From Octopus vulgaris (lineage: Eukaryota), in assembly GCA_951406725.2 (NCBI GenBank), contig OX597825.1:68076001-68140000 (forward strand): a DNA stretch of 64,000 bases, given 5' to 3'. The translations under genes and the position numbers were made by a program. Below are positions 1 to 12,700 of this stretch, piece after piece. Within the stretch, counting starts at the first letter, position 1. Each line of letters begins with the position of its first letter. The notes beneath the pieces were generated by a model. That model had not been told where the DNA came from and searched no databases. It saw only the letters and a list, made by a program, of their open reading frames with translations.

Positions 1-261
1 AGGCCATATCCCTAGCTTAAAACCCAAACACTCACCCACCCTTCTCACCACCACAAACACACTGACCACTTTCTGCGGCAAATTCAAAACAACTGTATTT
101 CACAAATAGCATTTAACCTAATTACCCCATTATTTTGCCGGTTTTTTTTTACATCCATTGACCCCTTTTTTGGCCACCCTATTATTGCCCCACTTTTCTT
201 CAATGCTCCCCCCCCCACTTTAAGAACTACTGCTTTAACGGAAGCAGCCAGTCACTGGAGG

Positions 262-665
262 TGCCACTCTAGAAGCTTTCATAGTCAGCCATTGCCACTG
301 GTCTCTATTCTCAGTCATGTGTAGCAGGTTTGCCGTCATGTGACCTCTCCGGTCCTTGATGTTATCAAACCAAGATCTTCTCTGTCTGCTTCTCTTTCGT
401 CCTCCCTCAACTGTGCCCTGAAGAATGGTTTGGAGCAGAGAGTTGTGGCAGGATACATGACCATACCAAGCAAGCTTTCATCTTTTTAACTGCGCAAGGA
501 GTGGCTCCTGTCTGCCAATGTATTTGTTGACATGCTGCCTGACAAAGATGTTCATTTTGTGCTCTGTGTATGGGATATGTATGTGTAATTTGCCTTCTGA
601 AACACTTGTGCTCAAATGCCAGGATTCTTTACTCTATGTCAGCTGTAAGAGTCCATCTCTCACAC
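262..665 (-). mobile_element. RTE-clade LINE, degenerate 3' end of ORF
   Basis: Minus-strand translation CERWTLTADIE*RILAFEHKCFRR...EPLLAQLKR*KLAWYGHVSCHNSLLQTILQGTVEGGRKRSRQRRSWFDNIKD is the typical RTE C-terminal region, with stop codons. Confidence 0.8.
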
Positions 666-2167
666 AAATACAGAAGGGGTGTTTGGGGAGAGATAATACC
701 TTAGTCTCAGGCAGCAGCTTCTTTAAGAATGGACAGGTACACTGGTTCTATTTTATAGAATTTCACCACCACCAACACCACCACCACTACCACCACCACC
801 ATTATTACCATCATTATCATCATCATCATCATCGTTTAACATCCGTTTTCCATGCTGGCATGGGTTGGATGGTCTGACTGAGGTCTGGAGAGCCAGCAGC
901 TGCACCAGGCTCCAATCTGATCTGGCAATGTTTCTAGAGCTGGATGTCTTTTGGCTCTGAGACCATTCTCAGCCACACCCTGACAACTGATTCTGCTTGG
1001 AAGCTAAACTTAGTGAGGGACTGAACGCTTGGAGAGATGGGTATCGCTAAGCATTTCTAAGGCCCATTGAAATGCCTTAATAGACAGACAAGCAAGACAG
1101 AAAGAACACATTTTTACAATTATATTTTATTGACTACCATAGTCTGTAGAGTGTTTTTGGATTACATATGTATTCTACAAGGCCGTCAGCTGGTAGAATC
1201 ATTAGCATGCCAGGCACAATGCTTAGCAGCATTTCATCCATCTTTACACTCTGAGTTCAAATTCCAGCAGGGTTGACTTTGCCTTTCTTCCTTTCGGGGT
1301 CAATAAAATAAATACCAGTTGAACAGTGGGGTTGATAGTATTGACTTACCCAGCCCCAAAATTTTTGGCCTTATACCAAAATTTGAATCTAACATATATA
1401 TATATATTTAATTATATATATGTAAAATATATGTATCATATATTTTATATATGTATCATATATTTTATATATGTAATTATATATATTATATATATATTTA
1501 TAAATATATATACATACATATATATAATTATATATATTATGTTTACGTATATATATGTATATAGTTATATATATTATATATATATATATATATTATATAT
1601 ATTATATATTTAATCATATATATTATATTATTTATGTAGTATACATGTATTATATTTGTAATATATCCACATCAGGGTATGCAGGCAGCTCTGAACAGAG
1701 GGAGTATCTTTGGTATCTGGCAGCTTCACCTTGCCATGAATGGTAGACAGGCATCACTAGACCCCATTCAATACCTAATTTGTAACTTTATTCTCCTAGG
1801 GCCATACCTCAGTAGCTCTTATTTCTAGCAATGTAGATGTTTTTTAACACCCTAGTCACATTCAGTGACAATATATATACATACATATATTATATATATA
1901 TGAAAGGCTTCTTTCAGTTTCCATCTACCAAACTCACTCACAAGGCTTTGGTGAGCCCAAGGATATAGTAGAATTCACTTACCCAAGGTGTCACACAGTG
2001 GTACTAAACCTATAACCATGTAGTTGTGAAGCCACATAGATGCACTCGTTTTTTTGGGGTTTTTTTAGGGGTTTTCTTTCCATATTTTGGTGCAAAGCTT
2101 AAAAGAATGTTGTACATCTGTAGAAAATTGTAATGCAATTAGATGACACAAGCTGTGTAACAAGTTA

Positions 2168-3455
2168 TCAGGTCATTAAGAATGAAATGTCCAATTTTGA
2201 ATTGAAAGTTTGTTTTACTTTATCTCAACAAAAAGCAATGCAGTTAATCAAAGTATGCACCTAAATTATCAACACAACTTTGCCATTTTATCGGTAGCTT
2301 ATTTATATGGCAGCGAAGAATTGTGGAGAGCAAGAGGTGATGAAATCACGAAAGACTGTTTTCTCATCTTCTTCAGATTTAAAGTTTTTCCCTTGCAAAA
2401 CGTTTTCTAATGCCTGGAAAACATGTTAGTCAGTTGGTACAAGGTCTGGTAAATATGGTGAATGACAAAGTACTTCCAAGTTCAGTTACTGTAAATTGAG
2501 TCATGTTCTTTGTGCAACATGTGGTCAAGCATTGTCTTGCAAGAGAATTGGCATGTCTCTATTGACCAATTTTGGTTGTTTATTTGCAAATTCACTCATC
2601 ATTTCATCCACTTGGTTGATGTATACATCCACTATAATTGACTTACCAGGTCTCATGAAGCTGTGGTGGATGACACCAGCAATGGACCACCAAACAGACA
2701 CCATTAGCTTTTTTTAGGTGAATATTCTTTTTTGGATTGTGTTTTGGTACTTCACCTCTATCCAACAACCATGCAGAATACTTTTTATTGTTGAAAAGAA
2801 TCTATTTTTCATCACACGTAACAATATGATGCAAAAATGGTTTGCTTTTATGCCGTGACAGCAAAGAACAGAAAATATCAAGATGACGTGTCATTTGATA
2901 CTCGTTCAGTTCATGTGGTACCTACTTGTCCAGTTTCTTTACCTTACCAATTTGTTTCAGATGGTCCAATACAGTTGGAATTGAGACATCAAACCTTACT
3001 TGCTAACTCACGCATAGTTTGAGATGTACCTGCTTCCACTACAGTTTCCAGCTCATCATTATCCACTTTGGTCTCAGGTTTACCACAGGGCTGATTTTCA
3101 AGAGTAAAGTCACCAGACAGGAACTTCTCAAACCATCGACATACAGTGCGCTCATTCGCCACATCTTCACCAAACACCTCACTGATGTTTCAAGCTGTCT
3201 GGGATGCATTGGTTCCATGAGAGATCTCATATTCATAAACAGCACAGATTCTTTTTATCTATCCATGGGTTTGCAAAAATTGATTCACAAGAGAAAACAA
3301 ACAATATAATCAGACACCATGAATTGCATTTCAAAAACTGATGCTGTAACACTTCAATGTTGTAAAACAAAGAATTGTCAGAATAAAGCATTAGAGTTAA
3401 CGAATGTCAAATTTGTTGCATAAGAAAATTGGACACTTCATTCTTAATGACCTGA
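2168..3455 (-). mobile_element. Full-length defective mariner (Hsmar1/SETMAR-like) DNA transposon
   Basis: TIRs TCAGGTCATTAAGAATGAA(A/G)TGTCCAATTT at both ends, flanked by TA; length about 1.29 kb. Transposase remnants FGEDVANERTVCRWFEKFLSGDFTLE... and HLKQIGKVKKLDK*VPHEL (WVPHEL motif destroyed by a stop). Confidence 0.93.
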
Positions 3456-3694
3456 TACAACAAACATATTTTAATTTGATGATGGGAAGTATCTGAGTAG
3501 AAAACAAGAAAAATTGAGGAAATGGTAATTAGGTCAAACTTAGGAATAAGGTATCTGATACTTAATTCAGCCCATTTGTCGTTTAGTTTGAGCCCCCATC
3601 TCTCCCATTACCGCAACTTCTGCAGTTACTTCCCTATAAATTGTAACTCTCCTGCGTAAAAGTTTATAAAGCAGTTCAAAAGAGTAATGAGAAA

Positions 3695-4160
3695 AATTGA
3701 TGATGAGAACAGTTTGATCTCAGCCAAAGATCAATGAAAATCACGAAAAAGTAGGAGGTGGGGAAAGTTTCTTTTGATTCTACCAATAAAAGTTGGAATG
3801 TCTACAGGAAATGTTGACGCCATGTTTTATGTGTAATGATACTGCTGAAGGAAAGCAAGTTCCTAGTCTTTTTTCTTTCCTTGGAGTTTGCAGGTTTTCT
3901 TTGTTAAGCAGATTTACTGAAAAATCAGAGGAGAAATATAAGATAATCTGGTAAGATTACTGAAGGATCATTTTAATCCGAAGCTTTCTGTCATTGCTAA
4001 GAGATTCCAGTTTCATAAAAAGAGACCAGAGGGTCAGAGAAACTTGATAATTCTCGGTAGCTTTTTCAGTATAAATTGTCGGAATACTGCGGATTCGGTA
4101 AAAACTTTGATGACATCATGAAAGACATATGGATGTGTTTGCAAGTGCAAATGAGACAGA
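3695..4160 (+). mobile_element. Ty3/gypsy-type LTR retrotransposon gag remnant
   Basis: Broken frames give FDSTNKSWNVYR...CNDTAEGKQVPSLFSFLG...LLKDHFNPKLSVIAKRFQFHK...LSEYCGFGKNFDDIMKD, resembling gypsy gag (HFxPKxSVIAERFxFH, LAExCEFG). Possible CpG-decayed PBS (TTGATGATGAG) near 3697. Confidence 0.7.
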
Positions 4161-4292
4161 GAGAAAAGAAAGGAAGGAAAAAAGGAAGGAAAAAAGGAAG
4201 GAAGGAAGAGAGGGAAAGAAATAGAGGAAGAAAGAGAAAAGAACAAAGGAATGAACAATGGAATGAAGAAAGAAAGAAAAAGAAAGAAAGAC

Positions 4293-4326
<34 letters not shown>

Positions 4327-4536
4327 GAAGGAAAGGAAGGAAGGAAGGAAGGAAGGAAGGAAAGAAGGAAGAAAGAGGGGGAAAGAAATAGAAGAAGAAA
4401 GAGAAAAGAAACAAAGGAATGAGCAATGGAATGAAGTAAGAAAGAAAAAGACAGGAAGAAAGAAAGAAAGAAAGAAAGAAGGAAGGAAAGAAAGAAAAGG
4501 AAAGGAAGGAAGGAAGGAAGGAAGGAAGGAAGAAAG
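4160..4536. repeat. Polypurine (GAAA/GGAA)n tract with ~180-bp internal duplication
   Basis: Direct reading. AAGAGAAAAGAA(A)CAAAGGAATGA(A/G)CAATGGAATGAAG occurs twice, at about 4231 and 4399. Confidence 0.85.
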
Positions 4537-4867
4537 CACATACATTTAACCTTCAAAATTCTATCACAAAAGTGAAAACGAAGGGACATAACTTAAATGG
4601 GTTTTAGGTTTTGGGGTCTTTTCGTTTTGTTCTGCATTTTTTTTTTTTTTGTTAATGCTACTGGTTTCCATTTAATGTAGTAAAACAGTCGATATAAGAA
4701 AAACAGACACAGGAATCCAATTCTCTTTGATAGGAATTTTTTTTATTTTCCTTCTGTTATATTTCCGGATGGTCATTCTTTTTTTCTTCTTGCCAAATAA
4801 ACACACACACCATATATTCGTTCTTCACTTGTTTATTACTTGTTCTTATTTTAACTGATGTTCATTG

Positions 4868-4908
4868 TCCGGAAATCTTCCGTCACACATCTGTGACCTC
4901 TTCAGCAA
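4868..4908 (-). ncRNA. Degenerate hammerhead-like motif (Penelope-type repeat fragment)
   Basis: Minus strand CTGAAGA-G-GTCACA-gatg-TGTGAC-G-GAAG-ATTTC: CUGANGA box and 6-bp stem II present, but GAAA is GAAG and stem I is poor. Confidence 0.35.
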
Positions 4909-5034
4909 CACTTTCCCTCCTGCTCCATTTGATCCATCCATTCTCTTGCAACACAAATTCTTTTTTTATTCTTGCTTTTATCGGGATATTTTATAGAATT
5001 GCATCCCCACCACCACCGCCATCATCACCATCAC

Positions 5035-5085
<51 letters not shown>

Positions 5086-5094
5086 TATCATCAT

Positions 5095-5800
5095 CGTTTA
5101 ACATCGTTTTCCATGTTAGCATGGGTTGGATGGTCTGACTGAGGTCTGGAGAGCCAGCAGCTGCACCAGACTCAAATCTGATCTGGCAATGTTTCTACAG
5201 CTGGATGCCCTTCCAAACACCAACCAGTCTGAAAGTGTAGTGGGTGCTTTTTACGTGCCACCGGCACAGGAGCCAGTCAGAGGGTACTGGCATTGGCCAC
5301 AATCAGATGGTGCTTGTTACATGCCACCAGCACAGGAGCCAGTCAGGGGGTACTAACATCAGCCACGTTCAGATGGTGCTTTTTACGTGCCACAGGCACA
5401 GGAACCAGTCAGGCGGACCTGGCATCAACCACGTTCAAATGGTGCTTTTTACATGCCAACAGCACGAGGGCCAGTCAGGCAGCCCTGGTGTTGATCACAT
5501 TCGGATAGTGCTTTTTACGTGCCACTGACACGGAACCCAGTCAATGGGTACTGGCATCGGCCACATTCAGATGATGCTTTTTACCTGCCACCAGCACATA
5601 TCGTCATTCGTTTCATTTAATGTCCACTTGCCATGCTAGCATGGGTTAGACGCATCACTGAGGGCTGGCGAACCAGATGGCTGCATCAGGCTTCAATCTT
5701 GATCTGGCAGAGTTTCTACAGCTGGATGCCCTTCCTAACACCAACCACTCCGAGTGTGTAGTGGGTGCTTTTACGTGCCACCAGCATGGGGCCAGTCAGG
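5095..5800 (-). mobile_element. SINE-like repeats with (GAT)n tail and ~56-bp internal tandem units
   Basis: Recurrent TGGTTGGCATTAGGAAGGGCATCCAGC family, also at about 830-950, 9980-10300, 15130-15300, 16230-16385 and 24380-24600. About 6 copies of ATGGTGCTTTTTACGTGCCACC...CCAGTCAG at 5240-5600. Confidence 0.7.
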
Positions 5801-5817
5801 TAACGACCTCGCACGAA

Positions 5818-5898
<81 letters not shown>

Positions 5899-6211
5899 CT
5901 CTGAATGAGGTGTAAACAGTAGCTGCACGACAATGCACGACAATATATATATATCAGGCGGTACTGGCAAAGATTCGTGCGAGGTCGTTACCTGACTGGC
6001 TCCTGTGCTGGTGGCAGGTAAAAAGCATCATCTGAATGTGGCCGATGCCAGTACCCATTGACTGGGTTCCGTGTCAGTGGCACGTAAAAAGCACTATCCG
6101 AATGTGATCAACACCAGGGCTGCCTGACTGGCCCTCGTGCTGTTGGCATGTAAAAAGCACCATTTGAACGTGGTTGATGCCAGGTCCGCCTGACTGGTTC
6201 CTGTGCCTGTG

Positions 6212-6246
<35 letters not shown>

Positions 6247-6324
6247 CATACATATTTATATATATATATAAATATATATGTATATGTATGTATCCAAAAT
6301 TAAGAGTGGAGTAGATAAAATACA

Positions 6325-6409
6325 GACTACATATGTTTCATAGCTAGCAGAACCTTGGAAGTAATAAATAATCCAAACAAGGGGTAATCCACCAACTACT
6401 CATCAGGCC
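6325..6409 (-). ncRNA. Type I hammerhead ribozyme, canonical core, extended stem II
   Basis: Minus strand GGC-CTGATGA-GTAGTTGGTGGA...TCTGCTAGCTAT-GAAA-CATATG-TA-GTC. CUGAUGA and GAAA cores are intact; 12-bp stem II (with G-U pairs) plus an inner CCTT..GGA/TCC..AAGG helix; palindromic stem III; GUA cleavage triplet; 3-bp stem I. Confidence 0.8.
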
Positions 6410-6970
6410 AAATATACCTTAATCAAAAGAAGTGATCAACACCAGGGCTGCCTGACTGGCCCTCATGCTGTTGGCATGTAAAAAGCACCATTTGAACGTG
6501 GTTGATGCCAGGTCCGCCTGACTGGTTCCTGTGCCTGTGACACGTAAAAAGCACCATCTGAATGTGGCCGATGCCAGTACCCCCTGAAGTTTACATTGTC
6601 ATCAAGGGATCCCATGTAGGCTCACAGGAGATTCAATTGAAAATGCATGGAAAGCATAGAGATTGAGAAGAAAAGTATATTAATGAAGGTGTAATATATG
6701 GGTGTGGGTAAATGTCCAAACTTGTAAAGGAAAAGAATAAGAATATGGAAAGGGAAAGTAGAGGGGGAAAAGTAGAGGGAAATTTGGTATTATTATTGAA
6801 GCTAGCTAAGGGAATGGTTTTGTGTTCTTTGGATCTTACCTTGACATAGTGTGTGTGTGAATATATATATATATATATTAATATATCAAAGGGTAATCAG
6901 AAATATTTGGAATTTCCATTACCAGTGGCCTAGCATATAGAAAAACTAGTCAATAGACTATATATTATTC

Positions 6971-7289
6971 ATACAAATACAGTGTACATTTAAACACACA
7001 AGCGGCATCCATCATAGGACTCCTTGCACGCTAGAGAGACAGTTAATTTCCAAACCACTATTAGGGATAAAATTTTGAAGGGAATGAAAAATAAAAACAT
7101 TTACCATCTAACTCCTGGACCCAAAAAAAGTCTGAAACCATTGGTTCAGGAGTTAGATGGTAAATGTTTTTATTTTTCATTCCCTTTGAAATTTTATCCC
7201 TAATAGTGGTTTGGAATTTAACTGTCCTCTCTAGCGTGCAAGGAATCCTATGATGGATGCCTCTTGTGTGTTTAAACATACACTGTATT

Positions 7290-7296
<7 letters not shown>
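6971..7296. repeat. Fold-back palindrome (~150-bp arms, ~20-nt spacer), probable inverted Penelope-type terminal repeat
   Basis: 6971-7122 is the reverse complement of 7142-7296 with a few mismatches; abuts (TA)n on the right. Confidence 0.85.
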
Positions 7297-7333
<37 letters not shown>

Positions 7334-7485
7334 TACATTCATATGGTAAGAAGCTTGCTTCCCAACCACCTGACTTAGTCCCATTGTGTGACACCTTGGG
7401 CAACTGTCTTCTACTCTAGCCTCAGACATACCAAAGCTTTGTGAGTGGATTTGGCAGATGGAAACTAAAAGAAGCTCTACTTCTC

Positions 7486-7867
7486 TGTAGTAGATTACCA
7501 TGTGATCTGGTAGCCAAGTCCATTAGAAGAGCTTTCAGTGATAGTGTTGTGGCCAGAGTCATTGACTCCACACACCCCACCACCGTGGGATTGGAAGAAT
7601 GGACTAGCTGAACTCTTATAAAGAGTAGTGTATTGGCTGAGACAAGGAGAGTCGAAGGAATCGTTGAAAGTACATGGAAGTTTTAGGAAGTCATTGAGAT
7701 CGTTGAGAATTTGTATTTATTGCATTATCATGTTTAGTGGAGTAGTTTGATGTATGTTGTGTGAAGACAGTTGTGTCTGTCCCTGCTTCATGAAATCTGT
7801 ATATCCAATGTACAGAAGGATATAAAAGATAGCCACACGATTCTGTGAACCCATATCTTATACTACA
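7486..7867 (+). mobile_element. Probable solo LTR
   Basis: Begins TGTAGTA and ends TACTACA (7-bp inverted termini, TG...CA); TATA-like CTTATAAA internally; truncates a SINE on the left. No clear TSD. Confidence 0.5.
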
Positions 7868-7999
7868 AACACACACACATAAAAGAGTATTGTAATTTGC
7901 TTGAAGCATTGTGTATTGTTTGTGAAATATAAAGTGTCTTGAATGGCACAACAATGCAGAGTGGATTATAATAACTTATAATTTAATTATTCATAGTCT

Positions 8000-8044
8000 G
8001 ATATAAAAATATTTCGGAATATAAAAATTCCTTCTTCAGATATC
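8000..8044 (-). ncRNA. Minimal type I hammerhead ribozyme
   Basis: Minus strand GATAT-CTGAAGA-A-GGAAT-ttttat-ATTCC-GAAA-TATTTTT-ATATC: 5-bp stem I, 5-bp stem II and a palindromic AAATATTT stem III region. The cleavage triplet would be a non-optimal UUU. Confidence 0.55.
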
Positions 8045-8074
8045 GCTAGGAATTGATCGAGTCACTGCTATGTA

Positions 8075-8305
8075 TCTTTTATCTTTTACTTGTTTCAGTT
8101 ATTATACTGTGGTCATGCTGGTGCATTGCCTTGAAAAATTTTTAGTCAAGCAAATTGACCTTAGTTCCTGTTTCAAAGCATGGTGCTTACACTACTGGTC
8201 TCTTTTGCCAAATAGCTAAATCACAGGGACATAAACAAACCAACACCGGTTGTCAAGCAGAGTGGTAGGGGACAAACACAGACATAAAGATATACACACA
8301 TAGAT

Positions 8306-8394
<89 letters not shown>

Positions 8395-8587
8395 TAGATA
8401 GATAGATAGATAAATATAGATGTATATACGATGGGCTTCTTTCAGTTTCCATCTACCAAATCCACTCATAAGACTTTGGTCAGGCTGAGGCCATAGAAGA
8501 CAGTTGCCCAAGATGCCACATAGTGGGGCTGAACCCAGAACCATTAGGTTGGGAAGCAAATGTCATACCACCCAGCCATGCCTGTGC
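8075..8587 (-). mobile_element. tRNA-derived CORE-like SINE (family A), with internal (GATA/GACA)n
   Basis: Matches the recurrent family GGCGCAGGAGTGGCTGTGTGGTAAG...GGTTCAGTCCCACTGCGTGGCACCTTGGGCAAG...(TAAAAGAG)n tail; this copy is CpG-decayed. Confidence 0.8.
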
Positions 8588-8699
8588 TTATATAAATGAT
8601 ATCAGTGGTGGCAGAATTAATTCATATCTGAGTAGTTAATCTGTAGCAAGTGATTGAGCCTCTTAATCCAGCTTAGAAAGGGTACCAGTGCCTAAGGTG

Positions 8700-8950
8700 G
8701 CTGTTCAGGCAAGGGCTAGGGTTATTTATTGCAGGGGAGGGTTGGTGGTGGATGAGGAAGTGTGTGTTGCTCTTTCCATCTTTGACATCTGATCTTTGCT
8801 CCTGGATGTCTGTTATTTTCCATCCAATCCATTCCCTTGATGATCACATGCTGCCACTGTGGACAATCTTTGGCAATTGTCTCCCAAGTATTTGGGTCAA
8901 TGGAGCGGTGGAGGAAGGTGGTGAGCATTTTCAGAGCTTATCTCTCAAAT
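8700..8950 (-). mobile_element. RTE/BovB-like LINE 3' remnant
   Basis: ORF 8722-8928 SIDPNTWETIAKDCPQWQHVIIKGMDWMENNR...KIRCQRWKE resembles the RTE C-terminus (IDxxxWExxAxDRxxWR...E). Confidence 0.7.
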
Positions 8951-8984
8951 GATATAATAATGGTTATATAATCACCGTGATCAC

Positions 8985-9283
8985 CGTGACCGACCAGGCT
9001 ATCAGATGTTGCTACACATCGCTGGTCACAATGCGCTTTGCATTGTTTTAGCCTTCAAATGATGCCACCCCGCTGGCTAAGCGAGCAGGCCAACAGAAGA
9101 AAGAGTGAGAGAAAGTTGTGGCGAAAGAGTACAGCAGGGATCGCCACCACCCCCTGCCAGAGCCTCGTGGAGCTTTAGGTGTTTTCACTCAATAAACACT
9201 CACAACGCCCGGTCTGGGAATCGAAACCGCGATCCTACGACCGCGAGTCCGCTGCCCTAACCACTAGGCCATTGCGCCTCCAC
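8985..9283 (-). mobile_element. tRNA-derived SINE (family C)
   Basis: Minus strand TGGAGGCGCAATGGCCTAGTGGTTAGGGCAGCGGACTCGCGG...GGTTTCGATTCCCAGACC carries A and B boxes; related heads at 21290 and 41093. Confidence 0.75.
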
Positions 9284-9309
9284 GGTTATATAATACAATA
9301 ATAAAATAA

Positions 9310-9937
9310 AGGCAGTGAACTGGCAGAAACGTTAGCACGCCGAGTGAAATGCTTAGCAGTATTTTGTCTGCTGCTACATTCTGAGTTCAAATTCTGCCGA
9401 GGTCGACTTTGCCTTTCATCCTTTCAGGGTCGATGAAATAAGTACCAGTTACGCACTGGGGTCAATATAATCGACTTAATCCGTTTGACTGTCCTTGTTT
9501 GTCCCCTCTATGTTTAGCCCCTTGTGGGCAGTAAAGAAATAAGAAACGTTAGCACGCCAGGCGAAATGCTTAGTAGTATTTCGTCTGTCTTTACATTCTG
9601 AGTTCAAATTCCGCTGAGGTCAATTTTACCTTTCATCCTTTCAGGGTCGATAAATTAAGTACCAGTTGTGTACTGGGGTCAATTTAATTGACTGGCCCCC
9701 TCCTCCAAAATTTTGAGTCTTGTTCCTAGAGTAGAAAAAGATATAATAATGGTTTCAAATTCTGGCACAAGGCCAGCAGTTGTGAGGGAGGATGCAAGTT
9801 GATTACATCGACCCCAGTGCTCAACTGGTACTTATTTATCATCCCCCAAAAGGATGAAAAGCAAAGTCAACTCTGTGGGCATTTGAACTCGGAATGCATT
9901 TTGTCCGGCATGCTAACGATTCTGCCAGCTCACCACC
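9310..9937. mobile_element. Cluster of family B SINEs (two + copies, one - copy)
   Basis: GGCGGCGAGCTGGCAGAAACGTTAGCACGCC head, GAGTTCAAATTCC B-box and GCCTTTCATCCTTTCGGGGTCGATAAA central block (Meta/Sauria-like domain by recall). Confidence 0.8.
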
Positions 9938-10809
9938 TTACTCAAAGGACATAATAATAATGAACTCATCAATGGAAATTGCAGCTGTAATACCAGTGCC
10001 GGTGGCACATAAGAGAACCATTCGAACATGGCCGTTGCCAGCGCCGCCCCGACTGGCCTCGTGCTTGTGGCACGTAAAAAGCACCATCCGATCGTGGCCA
10101 TTTGCCAGCCTCGTCTGGCACATAAAAAGCACCCACTACACTCATGGAATGGTTGGCATTAAGAAGGGCATCCAGCCATAGAAACATTGCCAGATCAGAC
10201 TGGGCCTGGTGCAGCCTTCTGGCTTCCCAGACCCCAGTTGAACCGTCCAACCCATGCTAGCATGGAAAGCGGACGCTAAACGATGATGATGATGATGATG
10301 ATGTATACAGTGTTCAACTACACTGTATCTCAAAGGAAAAGAGTAAAAGAGGGGACAGAAATCAGCAATAAAAGTCAAGCAAGAAAAAAGACAGCAATGG
10401 TAACCAAAAATGCATACTTTGTACAACAGAAAAAATCCCACAAAAACAAAAAAGTGAATAGACAAAAAGCCATAAAGAAGAAAGTATGTAAAGCATGCAA
10501 AGGCATGTCATGTGAAGCATTAGCGAATTTCAAGAAACATGGAATTTTTTAAGGATGTAATGTCCTGAGGTCTACAATGAAAAGTTGAGAGTAAACAGTG
10601 GCCCGCTTTTTTAACCGAGAAACATTTCAATGTTTTATCTTAGTAATGAGTTAATGCTATCTTCATGCAATCCATCACCACCCTTACATCCCAGTCTCCA
10701 CCATCTGTACACCAACATGCCGTTCTCACCACGCCACACCACACCAAACCATCCCTCACACACCATTCTGCTGCAATTATTCCTGACAGTTTTGAAACTC
10801 TTCTATATC

Positions 10810-10930
10810 TATCATCATCACCATCATCATCATCATCATCACCATCACCATCACCATCATCATCACCATCACCATCACCATCACCATCATCATCATCACC
10901 ACCACCACCACCATCACCACCACCACTACC

Positions 10931-10979
<49 letters not shown>

Positions 10980-11100
10980 CTACCAACATTATTGTCATCA
11001 TTGTCAGCACTAATATCATCATCATCAGCAGCAGCAGCATTAGCAGCAGCAGCAGCAACATCACTATCACTATCATCATCATCGTCCCCATCATCACCAT

Positions 11101-11148
<48 letters not shown>

Positions 11149-11260
11149 TGTAATCACTAATATCATCATCACTACCATCATCATCGTTATCATATCACCA
11201 ACATCGTCCCCAACATCATCATCACCATCATCATCATCATCATCATCATTGTCATCATCC

Positions 11261-11304
<44 letters not shown>

Positions 11305-11915
11305 GTCATCATCACCACCACCACCACCACCACCACCACCACCACTACCACCACTACCACCACCATCAACGTCATCATTATTGTCATCATCATCATCATC
11401 GTCATCAGCAGCAGCAACATCGTCGTTGTCGTCATCAGCAACAGCAGCATCCTCATCAGTATACTCACCATCATCATCATCATGATCAAAGATTCACACC
11501 TTGTGTTTTTTGTTTTCCTGTTAGGTTTTGTTTATTTTTTTTACAGTTAGTTTTTTTTTTGTTTCTTTTTTTTTTGTTTTTTTTTTTTTTTGTGTTTTTG
11601 TTTTTTTTTTTGTCTTTTACTGCTATGCTGCAAAGAGTTGGAGAAGTTATTCAAATTCAGCTCTGCATCCACTTAGAGTCAATAAATCAGTTGAAAACAG
11701 TAAGCATGGCAACAAGATGAACAACATACAAATGGAGTGACGGCAGCGTGTGTTAGAGATCCGTGTAATCCCTACAGGCATGGCAGAACTGTAGCCAAAC
11801 TTGAGTGGAGGAGGGTGGCGACGACGGGAGGAAGGATGTAATTATGATGAGAAAGAGGATTATAATTATGATGATGAAAATGACAACGGTGATAACAACA
11901 ACTGCAATCATGGCA

Positions 11916-11970
<55 letters not shown>

Positions 11971-12643
11971 GGAGGAGGAGGAGGAGGAGGAAGAGGTGGT
12001 AGACGGTGGTGGACGGTGGTGGTGGTGGTGGACGGTGGTGGTGGGGTGGTGGTGGTGGTGGGTAGCAGTGGTGGAGGATGGTTATATGTATAGGTGGTTG
12101 TGGTGGAGGTGGTATTGGTGGTGGTGGATAGTGGTGGTGACGATGGTGGATGGTGGTGGTGGTGGACGGTGATGATGGTGGTGGTGGTGGAGGTGATGGA
12201 GGATAGTGATGATGGTGGTAGTGGAGGTGGTAGAGGATGGTGGTGGATGATGGTGGTGATGATGGTGGTGGTGGTGGTGGTGGTGGTGGTGGTGGTGGTG
12301 GTGGTGGTGGTGGTGGTGATGATGGTGGTGGTGGTGGATGGTGATGATGGTGGTGGTGGCGGTGGTGGAGGATAGTGATGATGGTGGTGGTGGAGGTGGT
12401 AGTGGTAGTGGTGGTGGTGGTGGAGATGGTAGTAGTTGTGGTGGTGGAGGATTGTGGTGGATGATGGTGGTGATGATGGGTGGATGATGGTGGTGATGAT
12501 GGTGGTGGTGGTGGTGGTGGTGGAGATGGTGGTGGTTGTGGTGGTGGTGACGATGCTGATAAGAATGTGGGATGAAAGGCTGGTAATGAAATATACTTAT
12601 GAAGATATCAAAGCAAATGTTAATTATGTTGACAACAATGACA

Positions 12644-12700
<57 letters not shown>

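Noticed and set aside
2989-3177. SETMAR-like host gene
   Set aside because: It lies between TIRs in a mariner copy with stops and frameshifts, and there is no SET domain.
4034-4589. Lys/Arg/Glu-rich and Phe/Leu/Ser-rich ORFs
   Set aside because: Polypurine repeat translation; only the first ~25 aa derive from the gag remnant.
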